Source of the DNA: Tequatrovirus BCH953P4
DNA length: 64,000 nt
Strand: one strand, 5' to 3'
Sequence record: OZ035789.1
Part shown: positions 49,197-60,146 of the stretch, piece by piece
Numbering within the stretch: position 1 is the stretch's first letter
Layout of the letters: every line of letters begins with the position of its first letter
The notes under the pieces: generated by a model
What the model saw: only the letters and a program-made list of their open reading frames with translations
What the model was told of the DNA's origin: nothing
Databases searched by the model: none
Program-made: the position numbers and the translations under genes

Positions 49197-49268
49197 TGGC
49201 CCTGGGTGGAATTGAACCACCATCTGGCGATTATGAGTCGCTTGCTTGAACCTTCCAGCTACAGGGCC
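49197..49268 (-). tRNA. tRNA with anticodon CAU (Ile2-type or Met)
   Basis: acceptor GGCCCUG/CAGGGCC, anticodon loop CUCAUAA, T-loop UUCAAUU; last tRNA of the T4-order cluster. Confidence 0.75.
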
Positions 49269-49274
49269 TTGATA

Positions 49275-49347
49275 TGCTGATTGACGGAATCGAACCGCCG
49301 ACATCCTCATTACAAGTGAGGTGCTCTACCTACTGAGCTAAATCAGC
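49275..49347 (-). tRNA. tRNA-Thr (UGU)
   Basis: acceptor GCUGAUU/AAUCAGC, anticodon stem-loop CCUCA-CUUGUAA-UGAGG, T-arm GGUUCGAUUCC. Confidence 0.85.
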
Positions 49348-49354
49348 GAAATTA

Positions 49355-49441
49355 CGGAGGCGATAGGATTTGAACCTATGAGTCGCCGGAGCGACTGCCG
49401 GTTTTCAAGACCGGTGCATTAAACCACTCTGCCACGCCTCC
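49355..49441 (-). tRNA. tRNA-Ser (UGA), long variable arm
   Basis: acceptor GGAGGCG/CGCCUCC, anticodon stem-loop CCGGU-CUUGAAA-ACCGG, long extra arm, T-arm GGUUCAAAUCC. Confidence 0.85.
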
Positions 49442-49443
49442 AG

Positions 49444-49517
49444 TCTCCGCGGCAGGATTTGAACCTGCGACATTCTGCTCCCAAAGCAGACGCTCTACCA
49501 AACTGAGCTACACGGAG
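49444..49517 (-). tRNA. tRNA-Pro (UGG)
   Basis: anticodon stem-loop UCUGC-UUUGGGA-GCAGA, T-arm GGUUCAAAUCC. Confidence 0.85.
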
Positions 49518-49529
49518 TAAATTAAATTT

Positions 49530-49601
<72 letters not shown>

Positions 49602-49607
49602 AAACTT

Positions 49608-49694
49608 TGGTACGAGAAGTGGGACTCGAACCCACAAGGAAATCATTCCGCAGCATTTTAAGTGCTGTGCCTTTACCAATTTGACCATTCTCGC
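49608..49694 (-). tRNA. tRNA-Leu (UAA), long variable arm, CCA encoded
   Basis: anticodon stem-loop CAGCA-CUUAAAA-UGCUG, long extra arm, T-arm GGUUCGAGUCC, 3' ACCA. Confidence 0.85.
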
Positions 49695-49695
49695 G

Positions 49696-49768
49696 CTGGG
49701 AATAAAGGACTCGAACCTTTGCATCTAGCAGTCAAAGTGCTATGCCTTACCAACTTGGCTAATTCCCA
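49696..49768 (-). tRNA. tRNA-Gln (UUG)
   Basis: acceptor UGGGAAU/AUUCCCA, anticodon stem-loop UAGCA-CUUUGAC-UGCUA, T-arm GGUUCGAGUCC. Confidence 0.85.
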
Positions 49769-49854
49769 ATTATTAACAAAGGCTCTCTAACAAGAACCCT
49801 TGATGATAGAGGGTATTAATCAGTGCGATATGAATTAATAATAACAAATAATTC

Positions 49855-50379
49855 TTAAAGCAAATTAAACATTTTAACGGTCGGCAAAACAATTTCTTCT
49901 TCTATATAAGAGTATTTAACACTCTCAACTACACGCAAAAAATCATAATCATAATACTCAGAAGCATTACCTAAAATATTAATAAGTCCTTCAAGCACTT
50001 TATTACCATTCACAAAGAATAAGTCAAATACACGTTCTTCATCTTCTTCAGATTTATTACCAAGATCAACTTCTATGCGAAAGACCTTTTTAATGAATTC
50101 TGGATAAAGCTGGTCTGAGAACAGTCCTTCAACCAAGTATTCATAAATAAAAAGAGATTGCTCGCTGAACAAACCATTACCACAATAGCGCTCAATTTTA
50201 GTACTAGAATATCTGCTTTTAAACTTCTTTAAAAGATACTGAAATTGTAAGATTTCATGCTCTTCTACGCCAAACAGTGTTTTAGTTTTATAGTTGTCAC
50301 CATCATTTTCCCAGGTAGTGACATCAATTACGTAGCCCTGCGGAATTGTAGTACCTAAACAAATATTCATTTTCACCAC
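49855..50379 (-). CDS. hypothetical protein
   Basis: 174 aa ORF upstream of the tRNA cluster. Confidence 0.55.
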   Translation of the reverse strand: MVKMNICLGTTIPQGYVIDVTTWENDGDNYKTKTLFGVEEHEILQFQYLLKKFKSRYSSTKIERYCGNGLFSEQSLFIYEYLVEGLFSDQLYPEFIKKVFRIEVDLGNKSEEDEERVFDLFFVNGNKVLEGLINILGNASEYYDYDFLRVVESVKYSYIEEEIVLPTVKMFNLL

Positions 50380-50663
50380 GCTGCATTAATGTAAGTATAT
50401 TTAATACATCCAAGACCCAAAGGATTCTTGAAAATATCATATTCAAGAGGACCTTTTTCTGTTTCAATAAAGAAATCAAAATTTACTGTATTAAATGCAC
50501 GGTCTTCCTTTACTAATTTAACTTGAGAAGATGAACGGTCAATGTAAACCTTTTCAACTTCAAAACATGTTAAAACGCCATAATCATCAATCAAGGCTTT
50601 AGCTGCGTCTTGATCATATTTATATCCATTTTCAATGGATGATACTTTAGCATAAAGAATCAT
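50373..50663 (-). CDS. hypothetical protein
   Basis: 96 aa ORF. Confidence 0.5.
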   Translation of the reverse strand: MILYAKVSSIENGYKYDQDAAKALIDDYGVLTCFEVEKVYIDRSSSQVKLVKEDRAFNTVNFDFFIETEKGPLEYDIFKNPLGLGCIKYTYINAAW

Positions 50664-50665
50664 TA

Positions 50666-51085
50666 TCAGCCTTCATCAACAATAGTATGAGTGTGGGCAT
50701 TTACAATTTGCCACCAATCAAAGCGATTAGAACCATACATCGGTTTGTTTTCATTTTCTTTGATAATATCACGGAGTTCATCTTCGGTAGCGGCTTTCGC
50801 GATTAAATCAGCATATCCACCACGAGGATAATAATTATCACCTGCAAAAAGTAAAAAGTTTGGTTTAATATTATTAAACTCTTCAAGAGTAATAACTGTT
50901 CCACCAGGTTGAACAATCTCTACATAACTATATCCTAATTTTTGAGCAGCATCTACTGCTTCAAGCAGGGTATCATGAGCCCATCCAATTTGGCAATCTG
51001 GCTTTTCAGATGGATTAGCCTGATAATCCGCGTACACTTTATACATTCTATTCACCTTTAGAAATTTTATCCATAACGATAGCAA
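50666..51085 (-). CDS. hypothetical protein
   Basis: 139 aa ORF. Confidence 0.55.
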   Translation of the reverse strand: MLSLWIKFLKVNRMYKVYADYQANPSEKPDCQIGWAHDTLLEAVDAAQKLGYSYVEIVQPGGTVITLEEFNNIKPNFLLFAGDNYYPRGGYADLIAKAATEDELRDIIKENENKPMYGSNRFDWWQIVNAHTHTIVDEG

Positions 51086-51233
51086 TTAAACCAATTAAAA
51101 ATGCTACTACAAGTGAAAAAACATTTTCTGCTGTAGTCAATAATCCGCATATAAATCCAACAAACATTGAAAAACTAAAAGCGGAAGCAGAAATTGCAAT
51201 AGCAACATTTCGAATTAATTCACAACGTTTCAT
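51048..51233 (-). CDS. small membrane protein
   Basis: 61 aa, almost entirely hydrophobic. Confidence 0.45.
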   Translation of the reverse strand: MKRCELIRNVAIAISASAFSFSMFVGFICGLLTTAENVFSLVVAFLIGLIAIVMDKISKGE

Positions 51234-51291
51234 TTTATTCTCCTCAGTAGTTGATAGGGTAATAGTATCACTACCCTATCTAAAAGTAAAC

Positions 51292-51525
51292 TTATTTTTT
51301 ACGAAAAATTGATTTATTTTCTGCTGCCCATTTTTCAATAACTGCAGCCGGACCAGTAACAACAATTTTATCACCGTAATCTTCTGCGGCGAGTTGACCG
51401 AAATTATCTAATGCATCACGAAGAACTCCATGAGGCATTTCACCCATTTTATCTTTCTTGCCAGTGTAAATAAACTCAACTTTTACATCAGAAGATTCAG
51501 CGATAAATTCTTTAAACGTTTTCAT
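51292..51525 (-). CDS. small capsid internal protein with N-terminal targeting sequence at the ipI locus (not T4 IPI)
   Basis: 77 aa; N-terminus MKTFKEFIAES; location between the tRNA region and 57B. Confidence 0.65.
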   Translation of the reverse strand: MKTFKEFIAESSDVKVEFIYTGKKDKMGEMPHGVLRDALDNFGQLAAEDYGDKIVVTGPAAVIEKWAAENKSIFRKK

Positions 51526-51597
51526 TTTATTTTCCTAATTAATTTTGATGAGATAATAGTATCACTACCTCATCAGCATGTAAACAACTTTATGAAA

Positions 51598-52294
<697 letters not shown>

Positions 52295-52295
<1 letters not shown>

Positions 52296-53020
52296 TATAG
52301 TACCTTTAGTGTATTTTTAATTTTAGAAAAAAGTTCTTCAAGAGAACCATCGTTTGTAATTACTAAATCGCCATCACGAATTGGCAATCCAGCTTCTGTA
52401 ATATGTGTATCATTGGATTTTTGACCAGGACGAACTACATGAATTACTGTAGCACCCATCGCCCTAGCCGCATCCATTTCATGATCTTGACGAGTATCAG
52501 GAACGATATAATAATCATAACCTGAGTTAAATTTATCAAGATAATCTAAAGCAAATAATTTTACCCAGTACATGCGATCGAAGTTATTAACAATCAAATC
52601 CGTACCTAGGGCTTGCATCAGACGACGGACTGACCATTGATCTTCAATATTATTTATAACGTCAATAATCTTGTTAAATGCTACGGAATTAACTGATTCT
52701 TGTCCTTCGTCATCAAAAACAAACACACCCTTAATTGGGCTTTTACCATTAAGATAGCAAAATGCTTGTTCCATAATCGTGATTACTTCTGATTTAGTCA
52801 GATTTAAATTAGTCTCACGATCATAGTCAATTCCTTCAAACTCTTTACGAGTTAAGCAAGGATAGTCAGTGTTTGCTGCAAATACTCCCCATGCATAAGC
52901 CAATGCATCCTTAATAGGACCAGCAAGTTGGTATTTAACTGCAGAATAATTGCTCATGATAAAATCAGCAGTAGTATCTTTTCCACTACGCTTTACACCG
53001 CTTAAAAAGATTAGTTTCAT
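52295..53020 (-). CDS. 1: deoxynucleoside monophosphate kinase
   Basis: 241 aa from MKLIFLSGVKRSGKDT (P-loop); ORF track extends 13 codons upstream. Confidence 0.88.
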
Positions 53021-53069
53021 GTGTTTCTCCTCAAATTTAATTAAGATTATAACACACAAAACTGAAGCA

Positions 53070-53600
53070 TTAAACTTCTGCTATAATTTTTCCATCTTTT
53101 TCTACTTGAAAATAGGTGTAAGGAATCGTTGCTGTACATACTAAAGCCGGGTCTGAATCTTCCGTATAGCTAAATTCTACTTCAGACAGGTCAGAAACCC
53201 AAGGCTTATAAAAATTTATTGACATCACGATTTCAGTTTTGCTATTATCTAAGATGTAAAGCGTAATGTACTCAGGACCTGTTTTTTGGGCAGTATTTTC
53301 ACCTGTAAGATAGTTGCTAGTTCCTAGCATCCATTCATACATTCCTATCCACGACTTAAGTTCTTCATCGACTATAAATCTCACAATGAGTGGGTCATAC
53401 TCGAATGTAACACCTGGACGTTGTGCTCGGCCCAGTCCAAACGGCCCAGTCACGGTATCAGTAACAGGTATTCTAATTCCTGGAATAGGAACTGACTGAG
53501 CATTTAAAGTAAAAGCAGATGTAGTATTACTATGCGGTATTGATACTACAAAGTTAGTTGTATTTGCTTGGTTAAAAATTTGTTGCAGAGCTTGCGACAT
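53070..53600 (-). CDS. 3: tail tube/sheath terminator protein gp3
   Basis: 176 aa from the internal Met MSQALQQ, matching T4 gp3 length; order 3, 2, 4. Confidence 0.75.
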   Translation of the reverse strand: MSQALQQIFNQANTTNFVVSIPHSNTTSAFTLNAQSVPIPGIRIPVTDTVTGPFGLGRAQRPGVTFEYDPLIVRFIVDEELKSWIGMYEWMLGTSNYLTGENTAQKTGPEYITLYILDNSKTEIVMSINFYKPWVSDLSEVEFSYTEDSDPALVCTATIPYTYFQVEKDGKIIAEV

Positions 53601-53706
53601 ATATTCCTCATAATGCTTTATAACTGTTGGTGGTATAATGGGTCTAAGTCCCTTCCATTCAATTCCATTTAGAACAAACAACAGAAAAGAATGGAAGATA
53701 ATAGAA

Positions 53707-54531
53707 TTAGATATTTGACCAGACTTTGTTTGCAGAGAAACGTTTTCCTTTTGAAACGAACTGCTGAAGTGGCATCAACACAACGTTCGCCCAGTCTTTC
53801 GGGGCGATTTCAACAAGGCTACCCATAATATTACCGGGTATATATGCCTTAATCATTTGATCTGCACCCCTAAATCCTTTCACTTGACTCCAATCAATTT
53901 TTAATTTCGTTTTATTAGTAATAGTAGGTGTATTTGAGTATTGCTTTAAAAGCTCTTCTAGGAATTGCTGACGAGCTTTAGGTGGAATATAGTGCAAGTT
54001 TAATCCGTACATTAAATTATGCTTACCTAAACCAAGGTAAATTATCAAAGGAAATTTATCCCAGTAAGGAAGAGTTTCCTTGTGTTTAGCATCATAAGCA
54101 AAAGCATATATTCGTCCCGGCTGTGGGCGAACAACTTTATGTCCTTTTACTTGCTTAATAGTTTCAGCAAACCACTTTCTGGTTTTATTATTAATTGCTG
54201 CGCCTTCATTACGAATTTTATCACGCAATGTTTGCCTGAATGAATTTATCATAAGCAGTTGTCTTTCTTGCTTATTGAGTTTATTCATTGGTTTTGATTC
54301 AAGCTTTTGAATCTTTTCAGCCGTTTTAATTCCTGAAGCATATTTTGACATTGCCGAAGTAAACGTGGAGTATTTGATTCCTCTTTCTTCAGCAAATTGC
54401 TTTCCTGTCATTCCTTTTGCTTTGGCCTTTTTATACTCAAGACCTATCTGAATCCATTTCTTTTCGTTTAATGATTGCTTAACCTTTGGAACTTGGGGAG
54501 TGCTTTCATTAATTATTTGAAAAATAGCCAT
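53707..54531 (-). CDS. 2: DNA end protector gp2
   Basis: 274 aa as in T4 gp2. Confidence 0.8.
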   Translation of the reverse strand: MAIFQIINESTPQVPKVKQSLNEKKWIQIGLEYKKAKAKGMTGKQFAEERGIKYSTFTSAMSKYASGIKTAEKIQKLESKPMNKLNKQERQLLMINSFRQTLRDKIRNEGAAINNKTRKWFAETIKQVKGHKVVRPQPGRIYAFAYDAKHKETLPYWDKFPLIIYLGLGKHNLMYGLNLHYIPPKARQQFLEELLKQYSNTPTITNKTKLKIDWSQVKGFRGADQMIKAYIPGNIMGSLVEIAPKDWANVVLMPLQQFVSKGKRFSANKVWSNI

Positions 54532-54983
54532 TATGCCCCCTTAAAGCCAAGAGCTCGTAATCCATCTTCTGTTAGAATTCTAAATTTTATTCCACGCTTT
54601 TCAGCTAAAGATTGTGCTGCTTTCCATTTGTCAGTATTAACAGAATATGTATAAATTTCATTCATAAATCTTTTCTTCGCTGCGGTTGTTAGATGTGCTG
54701 GTTTAACTGGTGGTTGTGTTTCTTTTTTAGGTTTTATTTCAATAAAAAATTCTTGCCCAGAAGAATCTTTCATCCAAATATCCATGAAGTATCTACGTTT
54801 TTTCCCTTCTGCATTACAAAAATAAGGAATTACTGCTGTTTCACTACCCCATGCAATAATTTCTGGATTTTTATCTAACCATTCAAAAAAGAATTTTTCC
54901 CAATTTGATCTATACGTAATTTTTTTAGGGTCACCTCTATATTTTGATATATTTTTAGGAACCCATTTTCCAGAATATGCCAT
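54531..54983 (-). CDS. 4: head completion protein gp4
   Basis: 150 aa as in T4 gp4; start overlaps the gene 2 stop. Confidence 0.8.
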   Translation of the reverse strand: MAYSGKWVPKNISKYRGDPKKITYRSNWEKFFFEWLDKNPEIIAWGSETAVIPYFCNAEGKKRRYFMDIWMKDSSGQEFFIEIKPKKETQPPVKPAHLTTAAKKRFMNEIYTYSVNTDKWKAAQSLAEKRGIKFRILTEDGLRALGFKGA

Positions 54984-54995
54984 TGGATTCTCCTT

Positions 54996-55003
54996 ATAAA
55001 TAG
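54996..55003 (+). promoter_or_regulatory. late promoter TATAAATA for gene 53
   Basis: exact octamer 28 bp upstream of the gene 53 ATG. Confidence 0.6.
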
Positions 55004-55009
55004 ATAATA

Positions 55010-55017
55010 TATTTATA
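55010..55017 (-). promoter_or_regulatory. late promoter TATAAATA (minus strand) for genes 4, 2 and 3
   Basis: plus strand tatttata 27 bp upstream of the gene 4 start; divergent to the gene 53 promoter. Confidence 0.5.
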
Positions 55018-55030
55018 AACAGGAGGGCCC

Positions 55031-55621
55031 ATGCTCTTTACATTTTTTGATCCGATTGAATATGCGGCCAAAACGGTGAATAAAAACGCGCCGACTATTC
55101 CTATGACAGATATTTTTAGAAACTATAAAGACTATTTTAAACGCGCTCTTGCGGGATACCGCTTACGTACTTATTATATTAAAGGTTCACCACGCCCGGA
55201 AGAATTAGCAAATACTATATATGGAAATCCACAGTTGTATTGGGTTTTATTGATGTGTAATGATAATTATGATCCGTATTATGGATGGATTACTTCGCAA
55301 GAAGCTGCTTATCAAGCATCTATACAAAAATACAAAAATGTAGGTGGAGACCAAATAGTATATCATGTGAATGAGAACGGTGAAAAATTTTATAATTTAA
55401 TATCATACGATGATAATCCATATGTTTGGTATGATAAAGGTGATAAAGCTAGAAAATATCCTCAATATGAAGGAGCACTTGCTGCTGTTAATACGTATGA
55501 AGATGCTGTTCTTGAAAATGAAAAACTTCGTCAAATAAAAATAATAGCAAAATCAGACATTAATTCATTTATGAACGACCTTATACGTATAATGGAGAAA
55601 TCTTATGGAAATGATAAGTAA
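55031..55621 (+). CDS. 53: baseplate wedge protein gp53
   Basis: 196 aa as in T4 gp53; precedes gene 5. Confidence 0.85.
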   Translation: MLFTFFDPIEYAAKTVNKNAPTIPMTDIFRNYKDYFKRALAGYRLRTYYIKGSPRPEELANTIYGNPQLYWVLLMCNDNYDPYYGWITSQEAAYQASIQKYKNVGGDQIVYHVNENGEKFYNLISYDDNPYVWYDKGDKARKYPQYEGALAAVNTYEDAVLENEKLRQIKIIAKSDINSFMNDLIRIMEKSYGNDK

Positions 55622-57332
55622 TAACCTTAATTGGTTTGTTGGTGTTGTTGAAGATAGAATGGACCCATTAAAATTAGGTCGTGTTCGTGTTCGTGTGGTT
55701 GGTCTGCATCCACCTCAAAGAGCACAAGGTGATGTAATGGGTATTCCAACTGAAAAATTACCATGGATGTCAGTTATTCAACCTATAACTTCTGCAGCAA
55801 TGTCTGGAATTGGAGGTTCTGTTACTGGACCGGTAGAAGGAACTAAAGTTTATGGTCATTTTTTAGACAAATGGAAAACTAACGGAATTGTCCTTGGCAC
55901 GTATGGTGGAATAGTTCGCGAAAAACCGAATAGACTTGAAGGATTTTCTGACCCAACTGGGCAGTATCCTAGACGTTTAGGAAATGATACTAACGTACTA
56001 AACCAAGGCGGAGAAGTAGGATATGATTCGTCTTCTAATATTATCCAAGATAGTAACTTAGACACCGCAATAAATCCCGATGATAGACCACTATCAGAGA
56101 TTCCAACCGATGATAATCCAAATATGTCAATGGCTGACATGCTTCGCCGTGATGAAGGATTAAGATTAAAAGTTTATTGGGATACCGAAGGATATCCGAC
56201 AATTGGTATTGGTCATCTTATCATGAAGCAGCCAGTTCGTGATATGGCTCAAATTAATAAAGTTTTATCGAAACAAGTTGGTCGTGAAATTACAGGAAAT
56301 CCAGGTTCTATTACAATGGAAGAGGCGACGACTTTATTTGAGCGTGATTTGGCTGATATGCAACGTGACATTAAATCACATTCTAAAGTAGGACCAGTCT
56401 GGCAAGCTGTCAACCGTTCTCGTCAAATGGCGTTAGAAAATATGGCATTTCAAATGGGTGTTGGCGGTGTAGCTAAATTTAACACAATGTTAACTGCTAT
56501 GTTAGCAGGAGATTGGGAAAAAGCATATAAAGCCGGTCGTGATTCATTGTGGTATCAACAAACAAAAGGCCGTGCATCCCGTGTTACTATGATTATTCTT
56601 ACGGGAAATTTGGAATCATATGGTGTTGAAGTGAAAACCCCAGCTAGGTCTCTATCAGCAATGGCTGCTACTATAGCTAAATCTTCTGACCCTGCTGATC
56701 CTCCTATTCCAAATGACTCGAGAATTTTATTCAAAGAACCAGTTTCTTCATATAAAGGTGAATATCCTTATGTGCATACAATGGAAACTGAAAGCGGACA
56801 TATTCAGGAATTTGATGATACCCCTGGGCAAGAACGATATAGATTAGTTCATCCAACTGGAACTTATGAAGAAGTATCACCGTCAGGAAGAAGAACAAGA
56901 AAAACTGTTGATAATTTGTATGATATAACCAACGCTGATGGTAATTTTTTGGTAGCCGGTGATAAAAAGACTAACGTCGGTGGTTCAGAAATTTATTATA
57001 ACATGGATAATCGTCTTCACCAGATAGATGGAAGCAATACAATATTTGTGCGCGGCGATGAAACTAAGACGGTTGAAGGTAATGGAACTATCCTAGTTAA
57101 AGGTAATGTTACCATTGTAGTTGAAGGTAATGCTGACATTACAGTTAAAGGAGATGCTACCACTTTAGTTGAAGGAAATCAAACTAATACAGTAAATGGA
57201 AATCTTTCTTGGAAAGTTGCTGGGACAGTTGATTGGGACGTTGGTGGTGATTGGACAGAAAAAATGGCATCTATGAGTTCTATTTCATCTGGTCAATACA
57301 CAATTGATGGATCGAGGATTGACATTGGCTAA
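55605..57332 (+). CDS. 5: baseplate central spike / cell-puncturing protein with lysozyme domain
   Basis: 575 aa as in T4 gp5; internal lysozyme domain (DMLRRDEGLRLKVYWDTEGYPTIGIGHL); C-terminal beta-helix VEGN repeats. Confidence 0.93.
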   Translation: MEMISNNLNWFVGVVEDRMDPLKLGRVRVRVVGLHPPQRAQGDVMGIPTEKLPWMSVIQPITSAAMSGIGGSVTGPVEGTKVYGHFLDKWKTNGIVLGTYGGIVREKPNRLEGFSDPTGQYPRRLGNDTNVLNQGGEVGYDSSSNIIQDSNLDTAINPDDRPLSEIPTDDNPNMSMADMLRRDEGLRLKVYWDTEGYPTIGIGHLIMKQPVRDMAQINKVLSKQVGREITGNPGSITMEEATTLFERDLADMQRDIKSHSKVGPVWQAVNRSRQMALENMAFQMGVGGVAKFNTMLTAMLAGDWEKAYKAGRDSLWYQQTKGRASRVTMIILTGNLESYGVEVKTPARSLSAMAATIAKSSDPADPPIPNDSRILFKEPVSSYKGEYPYVHTMETESGHIQEFDDTPGQERYRLVHPTGTYEEVSPSGRRTRKTVDNLYDITNADGNFLVAGDKKTNVGGSEIYYNMDNRLHQIDGSNTIFVRGDETKTVEGNGTILVKGNVTIVVEGNADITVKGDATTLVEGNQTNTVNGNLSWKVAGTVDWDVGGDWTEKMASMSSISSGQYTIDGSRIDIG

Positions 57333-57861
57333 TATACTTCCAATGAGCGCTGATTTAGGAGAATCCATGGAAGGTTCTTCTATCGACGTCACCTTTACCG
57401 CTCAATTAGAAACAGGTGAAACGTTAGTATCTATAAATATAACTAGTTACGAAGAAACTCCTGGGGTTTTAGTAGAAGAAAATCGCTTATATGGAACATA
57501 TGAATCTGTATTTGGTTTCGGAAATGACGCGTTAAAATATCGTTTAGGTGATGAATTTAAAACTGCTGCTTCATGGGAAGAACTTCCTACTGATTCTGAT
57601 ACTCAGTTGTATTTGTGGAAAGCTCCTCAGAATCTCCAGAAGACATTCACTTACGAAGTAACATTAATATATGACTACCAAGAACAGAGTGAATCTGGAG
57701 GTTCTGGCAGTAATTCTAGGTCATCTTCTGATATTACTGAACCGACGAATCCTCCTGCTCCAGTAAGAAAAACTCTCGTTAAAAATTATACTAAAACTAT
57801 AGTTGGAAATTGGAGTCGTTGGGCTAATAAATTGAGAAGCTATGTGTATGAGAGGTCATAA
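57304..57861 (+). CDS. hypothetical protein (5.1 position); start uncertain
   Basis: 185 aa ORF overlapping the gene 5 end by 29 nt; internal Met codons nearby. Confidence 0.6.
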   Translation: MMDRGLTLANILPMSADLGESMEGSSIDVTFTAQLETGETLVSINITSYEETPGVLVEENRLYGTYESVFGFGNDALKYRLGDEFKTAASWEELPTDSDTQLYLWKAPQNLQKTFTYEVTLIYDYQEQSESGGSGSNSRSSSDITEPTNPPAPVRKTLVKNYTKTIVGNWSRWANKLRSYVYERS

Positions 57862-58155
57862 ATGCCAGGATTAAGTTATGATAAGTGTGTTACTGCTGGA
57901 CATGAAGCATGGCCTCCAACAGTTGTGAATGCTACACAAAGTAAAGTATTCACTGGAGGAATTGCTGTTCTCGTAGCAGGCGATCCAATTACAGAACATA
58001 CAGAAATTAAAAAGCCATATGAAACACATGGCGGAGTGACACAACCTAGAACTTCTAAGGTATATGTCACTGGAAAGAAAGCTGTTCAAATGGCTGATCC
58101 AATATCATGCGGTGATACTGTGGCTCAGGCATCATCTAAAGTATTCATTAAATAG
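57862..58155 (+). CDS. 5.4: spike tip protein (PAAR-like, 5.4 position)
   Basis: 97 aa as in T4 gp5.4; position between 5.1 and 6. Confidence 0.75.
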   Translation: MPGLSYDKCVTAGHEAWPPTVVNATQSKVFTGGIAVLVAGDPITEHTEIKKPYETHGGVTQPRTSKVYVTGKKAVQMADPISCGDTVAQASSKVFIK

Positions 58156-58163
58156 GATTTAAA

Positions 58164-60146
58164 ATGGCAAATACCCCTGTAAATTATCAATTAACAAGAA
58201 CAGCAAATGCTATTCCCGAGATATTCGTCGGGGGTACGTTTGCTGAAATAAAACAAAACCTCATTGAATGGCTTAATGGCCAAAATGAATTTTTGGATTA
58301 TGATTTTGAAGGCTCAAGATTAAACGTTCTGTGTGACCTTTTGGCTTATAATACATTGTACATTCAACAATTTGGTAATGCTGCTGTGTATGAAAGCTTT
58401 ATGCGTACTGCTAACTTACGAAGTTCAGTTGTTCAAGCTGCGCAAGATAACGGATATTTACCTACTTCAAAATCAGCTGCGCAGACTGAAATTATGTTAA
58501 CTTGTACAGACGCATTGAATAGGAATTACATTACTATTCCTCGCGGAACTCGCTTTTTAGCATATGCAAAAGATACTTCTGTTAATCCATATAACTTCGT
58601 TTCTACCGAAGACGTTATTGCTATTCGTGATAAAAATAACCAATATTTTCCGCGTTTAAAATTGGCCCAGGGACGTATAGTAAGAACTGAAATCATTTAT
58701 GATAAATTAACACCTATTATCATTTATGATAAAAATATTGATAGAAACCAAGTTAAATTATATGTTGATGGAGCGGAATGGATTAACTGGACGAGAAAGT
58801 CAATGGTTCATGCTGGTTCAACATCAACGATTTATTATATGCGTGAAACTATTGATGGAAACACTGAATTCTATTTTGGCGAAGGTGAAATTTCTGTTAA
58901 TGCTTCTGAAGGAGCTTTGACCGCTAATTATATCGGAGGTCTTAAACCTACTCAGAACTCTACAATTGTTATTGAGTACATCAGTACTAATGGTGCTGAC
59001 GCGAACGGAGCAGTCGGATTTTCATACGCAGATACATTAACAAATATAACTGTCATCAATATTAATGAAAATCCAAACGATGACCCAGATTTTGTTGGGG
59101 CAGATGGCGGCGGTGATCCAGAAGATATTGAGCGTATTCGCGAATTGGGTACTATTAAACGCGAAACCCAGCAACGCTGCGTAACTGCAACTGACTATGA
59201 TACATTCGTTTCAGAAAGATTTGGTTCTATTATTCAAGCAGTTCAGACTTTCACTGATTCTACTAAACCTGGTTATGCATTTATTGCTGCTAAACCTAAA
59301 TCAGGATTGTATTTAACTACTGTGCAACGTGAAGATATTAAAAATTATCTCAAAGACTATAATTTAGCTCCTATTACGCCATCAATTATTTCTCCTAATT
59401 ATCTTTTTATTAAGACTAATTTAAAAGTCACATACGCTTTAAATAAGCTGCAAGAATCCGAACAGTGGCTCGAAGGTCAAATAATTGATAAAATTGATCG
59501 TTATTATACCGAAGATGTAGAAATTTTTAACTCGTCTTTTGCCAAGTCTAAGATGTTGACATATGTAGATGATGCAGATCATTCTATCATTGGTTCATCA
59601 GCGACAATTCAAATTGTTCGTGAAGTACAAAACTTCTATAAAACGCCTGAAGCAGGTATTAAATACAATAATCAAATAAAAGATCGTTCTATGGAATCTA
59701 ATACGTTTTCATTTAATTCTGGACGAAAGGTTGTAAATCCTGATACTGGTTTAGAAGAAGATGTATTATATGACGTTCGCATAGTATCAACAGACCGAGA
59801 TTCTAAAGGAATTGGTAAAGTTATTATTGGTCCATTTGCTTCTGGCGATGTTACAGAAAATGAAAACATTCAGCCGTATACAGGCAATGATTTTAATAAA
59901 TTAGCAAATTCTGATGGACGTGACAAATATTATATTATCGGTGAAATAAATTATCCAGCTGACATGATTTATTGGAATATCGCTAAAATTAATTTAACAT
60001 CTGAAAAATTTGAAGTTCAGACCATTGAATTATATTCTGACCCAACCGATGATGTTATCTTTACTCGCGATGGTTCACTGATTGTATTTGAAAATGACTT
60101 ACGTCCACAATACTTAACTATCGATTTGGAGCCTATATCACAATGA
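58164..60146 (+). CDS. 6: baseplate wedge protein gp6
   Basis: 660 aa as in T4 gp6. Confidence 0.9.
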   Translation: MANTPVNYQLTRTANAIPEIFVGGTFAEIKQNLIEWLNGQNEFLDYDFEGSRLNVLCDLLAYNTLYIQQFGNAAVYESFMRTANLRSSVVQAAQDNGYLPTSKSAAQTEIMLTCTDALNRNYITIPRGTRFLAYAKDTSVNPYNFVSTEDVIAIRDKNNQYFPRLKLAQGRIVRTEIIYDKLTPIIIYDKNIDRNQVKLYVDGAEWINWTRKSMVHAGSTSTIYYMRETIDGNTEFYFGEGEISVNASEGALTANYIGGLKPTQNSTIVIEYISTNGADANGAVGFSYADTLTNITVININENPNDDPDFVGADGGGDPEDIERIRELGTIKRETQQRCVTATDYDTFVSERFGSIIQAVQTFTDSTKPGYAFIAAKPKSGLYLTTVQREDIKNYLKDYNLAPITPSIISPNYLFIKTNLKVTYALNKLQESEQWLEGQIIDKIDRYYTEDVEIFNSSFAKSKMLTYVDDADHSIIGSSATIQIVREVQNFYKTPEAGIKYNNQIKDRSMESNTFSFNSGRKVVNPDTGLEEDVLYDVRIVSTDRDSKGIGKVIIGPFASGDVTENENIQPYTGNDFNKLANSDGRDKYYIIGEINYPADMIYWNIAKINLTSEKFEVQTIELYSDPTDDVIFTRDGSLIVFENDLRPQYLTIDLEPISQ

